From contig JAKAKZ010000004.1 in assembly GCA_021824285.1 (NCBI GenBank), positions 225 through 64,224 of the forward strand: DNA of 64,000 nt. Reading direction: 5' to 3'. Made by a program: the position numbers and the translations under genes. The notes under the pieces were generated by a model, which had not been told where the DNA came from, ran no database searches, and saw nothing but the letters and a program-made list of their open reading frames with translations. This DNA is from a bacterium (GTDB lineage Bacteria; Patescibacteriota; Patescibacteriia; SG8-24). This document shows, piece by piece, positions 1 to 8,276 of the stretch; within the stretch, counting starts at the first letter, position 1, and each line of letters begins with the position of its first letter.

Positions 1-20
1 ATCCTCCTCCCGATAAGCCT

Positions 21-1070
21 ATGGGCATGGTTACGCAAAAAACCCGCGGCGAGCTGATCCGGAATCTGTTTCCAGAGCTACCCGACTACCGCTTCCGCCA
101 GACGGAAGAGGCGGTTTTTCATGCCGGCTGGAAATCCTGGAACGACGTCTCGAACCTGCCGGGTGAGGCCCGCGCCAAATTGGCGGCCGAAGTCCCCTGG
201 ACGTCCTGGACCGCCGCGGACCTGCACCGCAGCGCGGCCGGCGACACCTTCAAGACCATCCTGGGACTGCCGGACGGCAACCGCATCGAAACCGTGCTCA
301 TGAAGAACAGCCGCGGCCAATGGACGGTCTGCGTCTCCTCGCAGGTCGGCTGCGCCATGAAGTGCGCCTTCTGCGCCACCGGTACCATGGGGCTGCTCCG
401 CAACCTCACGTCCGACGAAATCGTCGACCAGGTCCGCTACTGGCTGGATTTCGTCGCCTCACCGGAAGGGCCGGGCAGCCGCATCAGCAACATCGTTTTC
501 ATGGGCATGGGCGAGCCGCTGGCCAACTACGAGAACGTGAAGGAGTCCATCCGAACCGTCCTGAAGCGCACCGACATCGGCCTCACCCGCATTACCGTCT
601 CGACTTCCGGCATGCTGCCGCAACTCGAAGCGTTGCTCCTGGACCAGGACTGGCCGGACGTGCGTCTGGCCGTCTCGCTCCACAGCGCGGACGCCAAGAC
701 CCGCGCACAGATCATGCCGAGCTCGTATGAAGGGTTCTTGGAGCGGCTGAAGAACTGGGCGCTGAAGTACCTGGCCGCGAAAGGCGGCGGGCGGCGGCAC
801 CTCACCTTCGAACACATCATGCTCGGCAACGTGAACGACTCGCCGGAGCACGCGGCGAAACTCGCTGATTTCGCCAAGTCCATCGGCGACGTGCGCGTGA
901 ACCTCATCCCCTACAACCGCACGGACGCCGGTTTCGCGGTCACGCCGGACGCGCGCATCCGCGCTTTCATGGACGTGCTGGAACGGAACGGCATCACGGT
1001 CACGCGCCGCAAGAGCCAGGGCGACGACATCGCCGCGGCCTGCGGTCAGCTGGTCGTCCGAAAAAGTTGA
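21..1070 (+). CDS. rlmN: 23S rRNA (adenine-C2)-methyltransferase RlmN, radical SAM
   Basis: CVSSQVGCAMKCAFC (CxxxCxxC), MGMGEP motif, C-terminal DIAAACGQL. Confidence 0.93.
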   Translation: MGMVTQKTRGELIRNLFPELPDYRFRQTEEAVFHAGWKSWNDVSNLPGEARAKLAAEVPWTSWTAADLHRSAAGDTFKTILGLPDGNRIETVLMKNSRGQWTVCVSSQVGCAMKCAFCATGTMGLLRNLTSDEIVDQVRYWLDFVASPEGPGSRISNIVFMGMGEPLANYENVKESIRTVLKRTDIGLTRITVSTSGMLPQLEALLLDQDWPDVRLAVSLHSADAKTRAQIMPSSYEGFLERLKNWALKYLAAKGGGRRHLTFEHIMLGNVNDSPEHAAKLADFAKSIGDVRVNLIPYNRTDAGFAVTPDARIRAFMDVLERNGITVTRRKSQGDDIAAACGQLVVRKS

Positions 1071-1113
1071 TAGTTGAAAGTTTTAGCAGATAACTCTCAA
1101 CTTCCAGCTCTCA
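1065..1113. repeat. Inverted heptamer tandem array (AGTTGAN ... AACTCTC)
   Basis: agttgat agttgaa agtt ... aactctc aacttcc agctctc; overlaps the rlmN stop codon. Confidence 0.7.
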
Positions 1114-1142
1114 CCCGCCCGCTTGTCGACCGCCATACGTCA

Positions 1143-1171
1143 TTGACACGGACTTCAAAGACGACTAGGTT
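1143..1171 (+). promoter_or_regulatory. sigma70-like promoter of ORF 1214
   Basis: TTGACA-N17-TAGGTT. Confidence 0.6.
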
Positions 1172-1213
1172 GATGCCGACGGAAGTCCGCTCCTTGCCCC
1201 CGAAAGGACTGTC

Positions 1214-1513
1214 GTGAACCGATCGCAGACCGAGAATCAGCCCGGCAGCACCGGATGGCGCTGGATTGTTCTGTTCCTGCTCTGCGCCGCGGGAATTCAG
1301 GCCTTCTTCGGCTACCGAGAATGGAAGCGCAACCGCCTCATTGAGTGCGCCCTGCGCGTCTACCAAGACAACAGCGCGGTAATCGACCGCTACGATCTCT
1401 GCACCCATCTCGAGCCGGTCGCCGGCGAAACGGAGGAACAGCGCAACAGCCGCTGCCAGCAATCCCTGAACCGCGACCTTACGGACATCGACAAAGCATG
1501 TCCGAAAAGCTGA
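1214..1513 (+). CDS. Small membrane-anchored hypothetical protein with 4 Cys in its soluble part
   Basis: GTG start after AAGGA; N-terminal TM (WRWIVLFLLCAAGIQAFF); own promoter and terminator. Confidence 0.65.
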   Translation: MNRSQTENQPGSTGWRWIVLFLLCAAGIQAFFGYREWKRNRLIECALRVYQDNSAVIDRYDLCTHLEPVAGETEEQRNSRCQQSLNRDLTDIDKACPKS

Positions 1514-1677
1514 TCGACCGGAACGGCCATCATAGGCCGTTTTTTGCTGCAACGACTTTGCCGACTGGACGACTTGCGCTCAATGCCGTTGTCCTGTATA
1601 GTCATGAGCGATAAGAGATTCCTGCCGCCGCCTAGGCGGTTTTTAGGACCAAGTAATTCACCTGAATTACGCTCAAT

Positions 1678-1881
1678 ATGGCCGAAAATCAGGCTACCGG
1701 TAACTCCCTCGTGACGTACCTCAAGGAATCCAAAGAGGAACTCAAGAAAGTCGCCTGGCCGTCCCGGGACACGGTCGTCCGCGACACCATCGTGGTACTG
1801 GCGCTCTCCGGCGCCGTCGCCGCTTTCTTCGGCGTGCTCGACTTCCTCCTGACCTACGGCTTTCGCCAGATTCTTCAGTAA
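1678..1881 (+). CDS. secE: Preprotein translocase subunit SecE
   Basis: ELKKVAWPSR motif plus one TM, directly upstream of nusG. Confidence 0.95.
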   Translation: MAENQATGNSLVTYLKESKEELKKVAWPSRDTVVRDTIVVLALSGAVAAFFGVLDFLLTYGFRQILQ

Positions 1882-1919
1882 TCTGAAGCTTAAGGCCTGA
1901 AGCCCCAAGCCCCAACGAT

Positions 1920-2465
1920 ATGCCCAAACAGACCCGCCAACTCGGCAAGCGCTGGTACGCCATCCACACCTACTCCGGCTACGAGGAGAACGTGGCGCAG
2001 AACCTGAAACAGCGCATCGAGTCCATGGACATGCAGGACAAGATCTTCGACATCATGATCCCGAAGGAGAAGAAGATCCGCATCAAGAACGGCAAGCGCA
2101 AGATTGTGGAGGAGAAGATCTTCCCCGGCTACGTGCTCGTGGAGATGATTGTCACGGACGACTCCTGGTACGTGGTGCGCAACACGCCGAGCGTGACCGG
2201 TTTCATCGGCACGGGCGTGGATCCGACGCCGATCGCCGAAACGGAGATCAAGGCGCTGCAGAAACGCATGGGCCTTGAGGAGCCGGAATTCAAGATCGAC
2301 GTGGTCGTGAACTCGGCCGTGAAGATCACCGACGGCCCGTTCAAGGGCTTCGAGGGCAAGGTAGCCGAAATCGACGAGGCGCGCGGCAAGATCAAGGTGC
2401 TCGTCTCGATGTTCGGCCGCGAGACGCCGGTCGAGCTGGATTTCTTGCAGGTGAAAAAAATATAA
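1920..2465 (+). CDS. nusG: Transcription termination/antitermination factor NusG
   Basis: WYAIHTYSGYE, FPGYVLVEM, KOW motif, FGRETPVELDF. Confidence 0.98.
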   Translation: MPKQTRQLGKRWYAIHTYSGYEENVAQNLKQRIESMDMQDKIFDIMIPKEKKIRIKNGKRKIVEEKIFPGYVLVEMIVTDDSWYVVRNTPSVTGFIGTGVDPTPIAETEIKALQKRMGLEEPEFKIDVVVNSAVKITDGPFKGFEGKVAEIDEARGKIKVLVSMFGRETPVELDFLQVKKI

Positions 2466-2471
2466 GGACTT

Positions 2472-2527
2472 TCCCGACTTAAAGTCGGGACCCCGCCCCG
2501 CATTAAACTAAGATGAAAGTGGCGGGG
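2472..2527 (+). mobile_element. Twin-hairpin mini-element, copy 1 (divergent)
   Basis: TCCCGAC-ttaaa-GTCGGGA CCCCGCC...actaagat...GGCGGGG; homologous to copies at 24284, 25900, 41646, 44066. Confidence 0.7.
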
Positions 2528-2563
2528 CCTCCAGGTCAAAAAGATCTAAACCGAATGCAGACA

Positions 2564-2593
2564 CCCCGGGCCGCAAGCCCGGGGTTTTGTTTT
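2564..2593 (+). terminator. Rho-independent terminator after nusG
   Basis: ccccgggc-cgcaa-gcccgggg followed by ttttgtttt. Confidence 0.75.
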
Positions 2594-2678
2594 AGCGAAA
2601 GGCAGGAAACCGCCAAGTTCGTCGCATAAGAACTGCTAAAAACAAAAACCGGCCGTTGAAGGCCGGAAGGCGGAGAGT

Positions 2679-2930
2679 TCAGGACAGCAGGCGGACGATG
2701 GTCATGCCGGCGCACCAGCCGACCGTGAACACCAGGCCGCGGATAACGCTAGGCCAGAGGCCCTGACCGCGCCAGATTCGCCAAAGGGTGATGAGACCCA
2801 TCACCGCGCATGTGGTCGCGACCCCGAGCAGCGCGCTGTTCAGGGGCGTGAGATACTGGGCGGCCGCGCCGCCGGCGAGACACATGACGAACGACACCGG
2901 TACTTCACCTGGACGAAGAGGGGCTTCCAT
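2679..2930 (-). CDS. Small hypothetical membrane protein (about 3 TM)
   Basis: Hydrophobic ORF; GGAGG RBS and TTGACT-N17-TAACTC upstream. Confidence 0.7.
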   Translation of the reverse strand: MEAPLRPGEVPVSFVMCLAGGAAAQYLTPLNSALLGVATTCAVMGLITLWRIWRGQGLWPSVIRGLVFTVGWCAGMTIVRLLS

Positions 2931-3037
2931 GTCTGTCCTCCGAAAAAGAACCTTAAGGAGTTAAGCACGCCTACGCTAATAGTCAATGTTCCAAGTTGAG
3001 GCGACAAAAAAAGCCCCACCGAAGGGGCCGAAGAGAC

Positions 3038-3670
3038 CTACCGTCCGAATTCCCGGAGCAGGCCGAGATCCACGAGCTGGGAGACCAGGCGGTCGTCGTA
3101 GAGGAACGAGTTCAGGCTCTCGGCCACGGACTTGCCATGGCCCAGCTCGATCATCAGCCGGCCCGTGTCCGCGCCGAGATGGCGGAACGACGAGAGCCGC
3201 GCGGCCAAAGTCGCGCCGCAGCCTTTCTGCAGGAGCCGCTGTGCCAGGGCGTCATGGTCGAGGCCGGTCAGGTAGTTGACGAGGCGAGGCACCACCTCCA
3301 CATCGCCGATGGTGATCAGCGCCTCCGCGGTGCGGAACCCGAGCCGACCGAAGGAGCCGACGTTGAGCTCGAATTCCTTGGCGAAGCCCAGGGCGACAAG
3401 GCGCAGGGCGACCTCCTCGTTCAGCCCGCTGAACCGGCCGAGACTGTCGATCACCTGACGCGGGTAGCCGAGATCGATGAGGCGCAGGGCCACGCGCGCG
3501 TCGAGCAGGCGAAAGCGGTGCAGGTTGTCGAGCACCGCATGCGTGCAGTACTCGGCGATGAACCGCAGTGCCGTCGCCGGATGCCTGTCGTCCGGCATCT
3601 CGTCCACAATCTTGAGATCGTGGTTGGCGAGGTAGTACGCGACCGCGTCTTCAGGATTCCAGTTGGGCAT
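3038..3670 (-). CDS. Hypothetical helical-repeat protein (~27-28 aa repeats)
   Basis: Recurring G-x4-V-x3-L-x2-F-x-GL-x3-A-x2-L pattern; start MPNWNP after GAGG; TTGACG-N17-TAGGTT promoter. Confidence 0.7.
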   Translation of the reverse strand: MPNWNPEDAVAYYLANHDLKIVDEMPDDRHPATALRFIAEYCTHAVLDNLHRFRLLDARVALRLIDLGYPRQVIDSLGRFSGLNEEVALRLVALGFAKEFELNVGSFGRLGFRTAEALITIGDVEVVPRLVNYLTGLDHDALAQRLLQKGCGATLAARLSSFRHLGADTGRLMIELGHGKSVAESLNSFLYDDRLVSQLVDLGLLREFGR

Positions 3671-3832
3671 GATTCTCTTTCCTCGTACGTGAAATGAGCG
3701 GCCGCAACCTATCATGTCCGGACGGCCACGTCAAGCCGACGCACAGCGGTCCGCCTTATTTTCCCATTGCCGACTGCGGCCAAAGTGCTAACATTCAGCG
3801 ATGTCCTTTCACTTTCGAAGCGAGGTTACGCC

Positions 3833-4501
3833 ATGTTCGATCCGCTGGCACTCGATGAGTTCGAATCCCGCACCGGCATCCGCAAAAGCGATTTTTCCGG
3901 CATTTGGGACCGCGCCGACCGCATCGTGGCCCTGCGGGACCTGGCCGCAGTCACGGGCGTGCAGGCCATGCCCTGGCCGTATCTCGAAAAGCTCATCCGC
4001 GGCGTGACGCTCGCCGGCGACCGCACCCGCCGCCCGTACCGCGACGGCCAGATTCGCCAACTCCGCATGGACCCCCGCGGCCTGACGCTCGGCCAGACCT
4101 TCATCCAGCGCTCCAAGTACCAGGCGCTCCTGGAGCACTTCGGCGATTTCTTCCGGGGCTTCTGCGTGACGAACGGCGTGGCCAAGTCGACGGCCGCCAT
4201 CGTCCTGGGGCGGACAGCGGACGGCACCCCGGCCATCGCGCACTACCTGCCGCCGATCGTCGAGGAACACGACGGGAAGTTCATCCTCATGGACGGCGTG
4301 CACCGGAACTTCCTGGTCCGCTGCGTCGGCACGACCATCGAGTCGATCGTCGTCCGGAACGTGGCCGAACCGTTCCCCTGCGACGCCCGCCCGTGGGAAG
4401 AGGTCCAAGTGACGGAAGAGAAGCCGGCCAAGGACCAGCGTTTCTTCAACCTCCGTCCGGAACTCTTCCGTGACGTGAAGCACATCGGCATCGACGGCTG
4501 A
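3833..4501 (+). CDS. Hypothetical protein with ParB/Sulfiredoxin-like motif
   Basis: PPIVEEHDGKFILMDGVHR resembles the ParB/Srx PI..-x-DGxHR signature; ATG 3833 after GAGG (ORF track extends to 3767). Confidence 0.65.
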   Translation: MFDPLALDEFESRTGIRKSDFSGIWDRADRIVALRDLAAVTGVQAMPWPYLEKLIRGVTLAGDRTRRPYRDGQIRQLRMDPRGLTLGQTFIQRSKYQALLEHFGDFFRGFCVTNGVAKSTAAIVLGRTADGTPAIAHYLPPIVEEHDGKFILMDGVHRNFLVRCVGTTIESIVVRNVAEPFPCDARPWEEVQVTEEKPAKDQRFFNLRPELFRDVKHIGIDG

Positions 4502-4565
4502 CTCCAGCCGTCTTTTTTTATCTCATGTGCCGCACCTGAATAAAAAAAGACCGGATCAGTTCCGG

Positions 4566-4832
4566 TCAAAAAAGGGCGGGAATCCGTCGTAGCGGCTGAT
4601 TCGGCCGGCGCTGGCGCTTACGGCGCTCCGGCCTGAGCGGGATGGAATCGAATCGTTCCGACAGCCGGCGAACCTCGAGGAAACGCGCGGCCGGAATCGG
4701 CATCAGGACACAGCAGAGCCCCATGCCGGCTATCGCCAAACCGAGGAAACTCGCGCGAACCGACTCCCGAACCGCCCTCTTCAGACGCGTTTTGCGCATG
4801 TAAAGGCCTCTGATACGGCGTGTGGTGCGCAT
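4566..4832 (-). CDS. Small basic hypothetical protein with one TM
   Basis: ORF with hydrophobic core FLGLAIAGMGLCCVLM; TTGACA-N17-TAACTT abuts the first ATG, so the true start may be the second Met near 4799. Confidence 0.4.
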   Translation of the reverse strand: MRTTRRIRGLYMRKTRLKRAVRESVRASFLGLAIAGMGLCCVLMPIPAARFLEVRRLSERFDSIPLRPERRKRQRRPNQPLRRIPALF

Positions 4833-4921
4833 AAGTTAGACAAATAATTAAGGATTGTCAACCTAGCTGACAAGGTACGCGATTCGCCAGTGAAAGCAGC
4901 GCGTATCGCCAAAAACTCCAC

Positions 4922-5080
4922 AAATATAAATGTGCCCTCCCCCGAAGCCGGGGAAGGGCACAGACTGCGTTCTTTGGCCCCAACGGGCCGTACGGGGTTT
5001 GGTTAGGCTCTGCCTTCTGCGATTTTGGCCCCAACGGGCCGTACTGGGTTTGGTTTCTTTGTTCGGCTTCATCACCGAAC
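4922..5080 (-). ncRNA. Candidate small RNA with two 32-nt direct repeats
   Basis: TTGACA(5114-5109)-N17-TATCCT(5091-5086) promoter, 5' hairpin, repeats at 5024-5055 and 4973-5004, terminator hairpin 4931-4962 plus U-rich tail. Confidence 0.5.
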
Positions 5081-5376
5081 ATCATAGGATAACACAAAAA
5101 GGCGTTTTTGTCAAGGGTATTTGACGCCATAAGAACGCCTTAATATAGCGAAAAAATAGACTAAAAACACGGCCAAATCTGGGCAATGGCTCTAGTGCGT
5201 CGCCTTTTTTGGTGAGGACGGAGAAACCAAACATCAACTGACCATCCCCGCCCGCCCACGCGCCCTTGCGCAAAAACCGTCTATAAGCTAATCTGGTGGT
5301 CGAATAAGCGGTGGGGCCGATGAGGCCCGCTTCTCGCCGCGACGTCACCTTATTGAACGTCGTTTTTTATTTTCGT

Positions 5377-5802
5377 ATGGCCAAGAAAATCAAAGTCCTC
5401 ATCAAGCTCCAGATTCCTGGCGCCAAGGCCAATCCGGCCCCGCCGGTCGGTCCGGCCCTCGGTCAGCACGGTCTGAACATCGCGGAGTTCTGCCAGAAGT
5501 TCAACGCCGCGACCCAGAAGATGGCCGGCGACATCATCCCGGTCGTCATCACCGTCTACGAGGACCGCACCTACACCTTCGTCCTCAAGACCCCGCCGGC
5601 TTCCGAGCTCCTGAAGAAGGCCGCCGGCATCCCGAAGGGTTCGGGCAAGCCGCTCACCGAGAAGGTCGGCAAGGTCACGAAAGCCCAGATCCGCGAGATC
5701 GCCGAAAAGAAGCTCCCAGACCTGAACACCACGAACATCGAGTCCGCCATGCGCACCATCGAGGGCACCGCCCGGCAGATGGGACTCGAGGTGACTCCGT
5801 AG
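5377..5802 (+). CDS. rplK: 50S ribosomal protein L11
   Basis: MAKKIK...[15 protein letters not shown]; ATG at 5377. Confidence 0.98.
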   Translation: MAKKIKVLIKLQIPGAKANPAPPVGPALGQHGLNIAEFCQKFNAATQKMAGDIIPVVITVYEDRTYTFVLKTPPASELLKKAAGIPKGSGKPLTEKVGKVTKAQIREIAEKKLPDLNTTNIESAMRTIEGTARQMGLEVTP

Positions 5803-5804
5803 GA

Positions 5805-5873
5805 GTCATCCCGAGCGCAGCGAGGGATCCCGTCCATTTCGCGTCGAGATTGCTTCGCTCCGCTCGCAATGAC
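5805..5873. repeat. REP-like palindromic element
   Basis: gtcatcccgagcgcagcgagggatc ... gagattgcttcgctccgctcgcaatgac, an imperfect inverted pair. Confidence 0.65.
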
Positions 5874-5888
5874 ATAAGATATTATTCA

Positions 5889-5925
5889 CGTGGGAGGACC
5901 GATTTAACGGCCCGCCCGTACCACG
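5889..5925 (+). promoter_or_regulatory. Probable L1-binding autoregulatory leader of rplA
   Basis: cGTGGGAG...ACCACg stem immediately 5' of the rplA ATG, resembling the L1 mRNA operator. Confidence 0.65.
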
Positions 5926-5931
5926 ACATAT

Positions 5932-6615
5932 ATGGCTCGCAGCAAACGCTACAAGGAACTCAAGACGCAGGTCGACTCCAAGAAAACCTACTCCCCGGAG
6001 GAGGCCATCGAGCTCGTGAAGAAGACCGCCACGACCAAGTTCGACTCCTCCGTTGAGGTCCATGTCCGCCTGGGCATCGACCCGAAGAAGGGCGAACAGA
6101 TGGTCCGCGGCACCACGACCCTGCCGCACGGCACGGGCAAGACCAAGAAGGTCGCCGTCTTCACCACCTCCCCGGACAAGGAGAAAGAGGCCAAGGATGC
6201 CGGCGCCGATCTCATCGGCGGCGAGGAGCTCGTCAGCCAGATCGTCTCCACCGGCAAGTGCGACTTCGACATCGCGGTCGCCACGCCGGACATGATGCCG
6301 AAGATGGCCAAGGCCGCCAAAGTCCTCGGTCCGAAGGGCCTCATGCCGAGCCCGAAGAACGACACCGTGACCGCCAAGGTCAAGGAGACCGTCGCGGCCC
6401 TCAAGAAGGGCAAAGTCGCGTTCAAGAACGACGACACCGCGAACGTGCACCAGGTCATCGGCAAGGCCTCGTTCGCTTCGGCCCAGCTGGTCGAGAACTT
6501 CAGCGCCCTCATGGATGCCCTGCGCCGCGCCAAGCCGTCCAGCTCCAAGGGTACCTATCTCATCTCCGTGACCCTGACCTCCACGATGGGCCCGGCGGTG
6601 AAGGTCCAGCTCTAA
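5932..6615 (+). CDS. rplA: 50S ribosomal protein L1
   Basis: KFDSSVEVHVRLGIDP, LPHGTGK, LGPKGLMPSPK, STMGP. Confidence 0.98.
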   Translation: MARSKRYKELKTQVDSKKTYSPEEAIELVKKTATTKFDSSVEVHVRLGIDPKKGEQMVRGTTTLPHGTGKTKKVAVFTTSPDKEKEAKDAGADLIGGEELVSQIVSTGKCDFDIAVATPDMMPKMAKAAKVLGPKGLMPSPKNDTVTAKVKETVAALKKGKVAFKNDDTANVHQVIGKASFASAQLVENFSALMDALRRAKPSSSKGTYLISVTLTSTMGPAVKVQL

Positions 6616-6699
6616 TCAGTTATCCGATTCCGACTGGACGGCATATGGCGTATAATGCCATATGCCGTCTGCGTTTGGCGGCTAGTCCGCCTCACTGAC

Positions 6700-7053
6700 A
6701 TGAAACTTCCCGTCCGCAAAACCCTGGCCGTCGTGAGCGGCGCGCTGCTCACGGCCTCCCCGGCTTCGGCCGAGGTGCTGTTCACGGCCAATGCCCCAAC
6801 CGAGACCGTCGTCACCGGCATCCTCCGTTTTGCCCTGGCGCTGACGTCGCTGTTCCTCATGGTCGGCGTCGGTCAGGCCTGGCACCAGCTGCAAAACCAC
6901 GGCGGCAACGAGGAACGCAAGGCCGCGGCCCACGTCGCCTTCCGCGATGCGGTGCTTTTCTTCCTGCTGATCATCGCGGCCGGCTATGCCGTACCGTCGG
7001 CCGTGAACATCGCCTTCGCCGTGATCAATAACGGCGTCTCCATCAGCCTTTGA
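6700..7053 (+). CDS. Pilin-like (TrbC/VirB2-type) small membrane protein
   Basis: Signal peptide ending ASA; two TMs flanking GGNEERKAAA. Confidence 0.55.
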   Translation: MKLPVRKTLAVVSGALLTASPASAEVLFTANAPTETVVTGILRFALALTSLFLMVGVGQAWHQLQNHGGNEERKAAAHVAFRDAVLFFLLIIAAGYAVPSAVNIAFAVINNGVSISL

Positions 7054-7054
7054 T

Positions 7055-7486
7055 ATGCGCCTTAACCTCACGCGCGTCGACCGGGAGCTCCCCCTTCCCG
7101 CCTACGCCACCGCGGGCTCCGTCGCCTTCGACGTCTACGCCCGGACGGAGACGACTGTCGCGCCCAAGACAGTCGCGCTCATCCCCACGAACCTGATCGT
7201 GCAGGTGCCGGAAGGCTACGCCTTCCTGCTCTGCTCGCGCTCTTCGACGCCGGTCAAGAAAGGCCTGCTCACGCCGCACGGTTTCGGCATCGTGGACCAG
7301 GATTTCTGCGGGCCAAACGACGAGCTGCGGGCCCAGGTCTACAACTTCACCGATGCGCCGATCACCGTGGCGCGCGGCGAACGGATCGCGCAGGCGCTCT
7401 TGGTGCCCATCGCCAAATGCGATCTGCAGGAAACAGAGGTCGCGACCGCCGCGAGCCGCGGAGGCTTCGGTTCCACCGGAAGGTAG
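7055..7486 (+). CDS. dut: dUTP diphosphatase
   Basis: GSVAFD, RSS, GIVDQDF, ERIAQ, RGGFGSTG motifs. Confidence 0.95.
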   Translation: MRLNLTRVDRELPLPAYATAGSVAFDVYARTETTVAPKTVALIPTNLIVQVPEGYAFLLCSRSSTPVKKGLLTPHGFGIVDQDFCGPNDELRAQVYNFTDAPITVARGERIAQALLVPIAKCDLQETEVATAASRGGFGSTGR

Positions 7487-7563
7487 CCCGGAATATCTTC
7501 CGGAACAAAAAAGCCCGCGCAAGTGCGCGGGTTTTGCGTTGCCTGACGGTCAGGCGCCGACGG

Positions 7564-8157
7564 CTACTTGATCTGGCCGGAAGTCAGCAGGCTGTTCACG
7601 AAGGCGTCGAGACGGTCGATGGCCTCGTCGAGCCGGCCGTCGCGGTTCACCACGACGAGCGACACCAGATCGGCGCGCTCCGTGACGAAACGCTCTTCGC
7701 GGGCCGCATTGCGGACGCGGCGCTCCAGGTCCTCCGGCGTGGTGCCCGGACGCTCCGAGAGGCGGCGCCGGATCTCGCGGATGTTGCCGGCGTCGACGAA
7801 GACGACGCGCGCCTCCGGCAGCACCCCCTTGATCGTCGCGGTGCCCTGCACGTCGACCACGCCGAAGACGATCGGATGGTCGATGCGCAAGCGCCGCAGA
7901 ACCTCGCGCGAAGAGCCGTAGAAGTGGGCGTGGACTTCCGCCCACTCCAGGAACTCGCCGCGGTCGCGGCGGGCCGTAAAATCCTCGGGCGTAGTGAAAT
8001 GGTAATCGCGCCCGCTGACCTCGCCGGGCCGTGGCGCCCGCGTGGTGGTGGTGATGAGGCGCGCCGCCGAAGGGTGGCGGCGCAGCATCTCGTCGACCAG
8101 AGTGGATTTTCCGGCGGCAGATGGGCCGGTGATGATGACGAAAGCGCCGAGTTGCAT
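7564..8157 (-). CDS. gmk: Guanylate kinase
   Basis: GPSAAGKST P-loop, TTRAPRPGEVSGRDYHF, EFLEWAEVH. Confidence 0.93.
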   Translation of the reverse strand: MQLGAFVIITGPSAAGKSTLVDEMLRRHPSAARLITTTTRAPRPGEVSGRDYHFTTPEDFTARRDRGEFLEWAEVHAHFYGSSREVLRRLRIDHPIVFGVVDVQGTATIKGVLPEARVVFVDAGNIREIRRRLSERPGTTPEDLERRVRNAAREERFVTERADLVSLVVVNRDGRLDEAIDRLDAFVNSLLTSGQIK

Positions 8158-8276
8158 GGTATCTCCGGTTCAAAGAGCCTTGTATTTTGTTGGCGCTACC
8201 TTAGCGGCCCGGCGGCCAATAGTCAACGGCGGACGGGACCGGCGGACCGGCCAGGATTTGGGAGCAATAACCCCGG

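Noticed and set aside
2996-3697. 233-aa plus-strand ORF
   Set aside because: It is antisense to the repeat protein, which has the promoter, RBS and repeat structure.
4973-5055. CRISPR array interpretation of the 32-nt repeats
   Set aside because: There are only two repeats, a 19-nt spacer and no cas genes in the window. It is kept as a candidate sRNA instead.
4858-5130. ORFs 4858-5130 and 4863-5075 as proteins
   Set aside because: They overlap the promoter or lack an RBS, and they read through a strong terminator.
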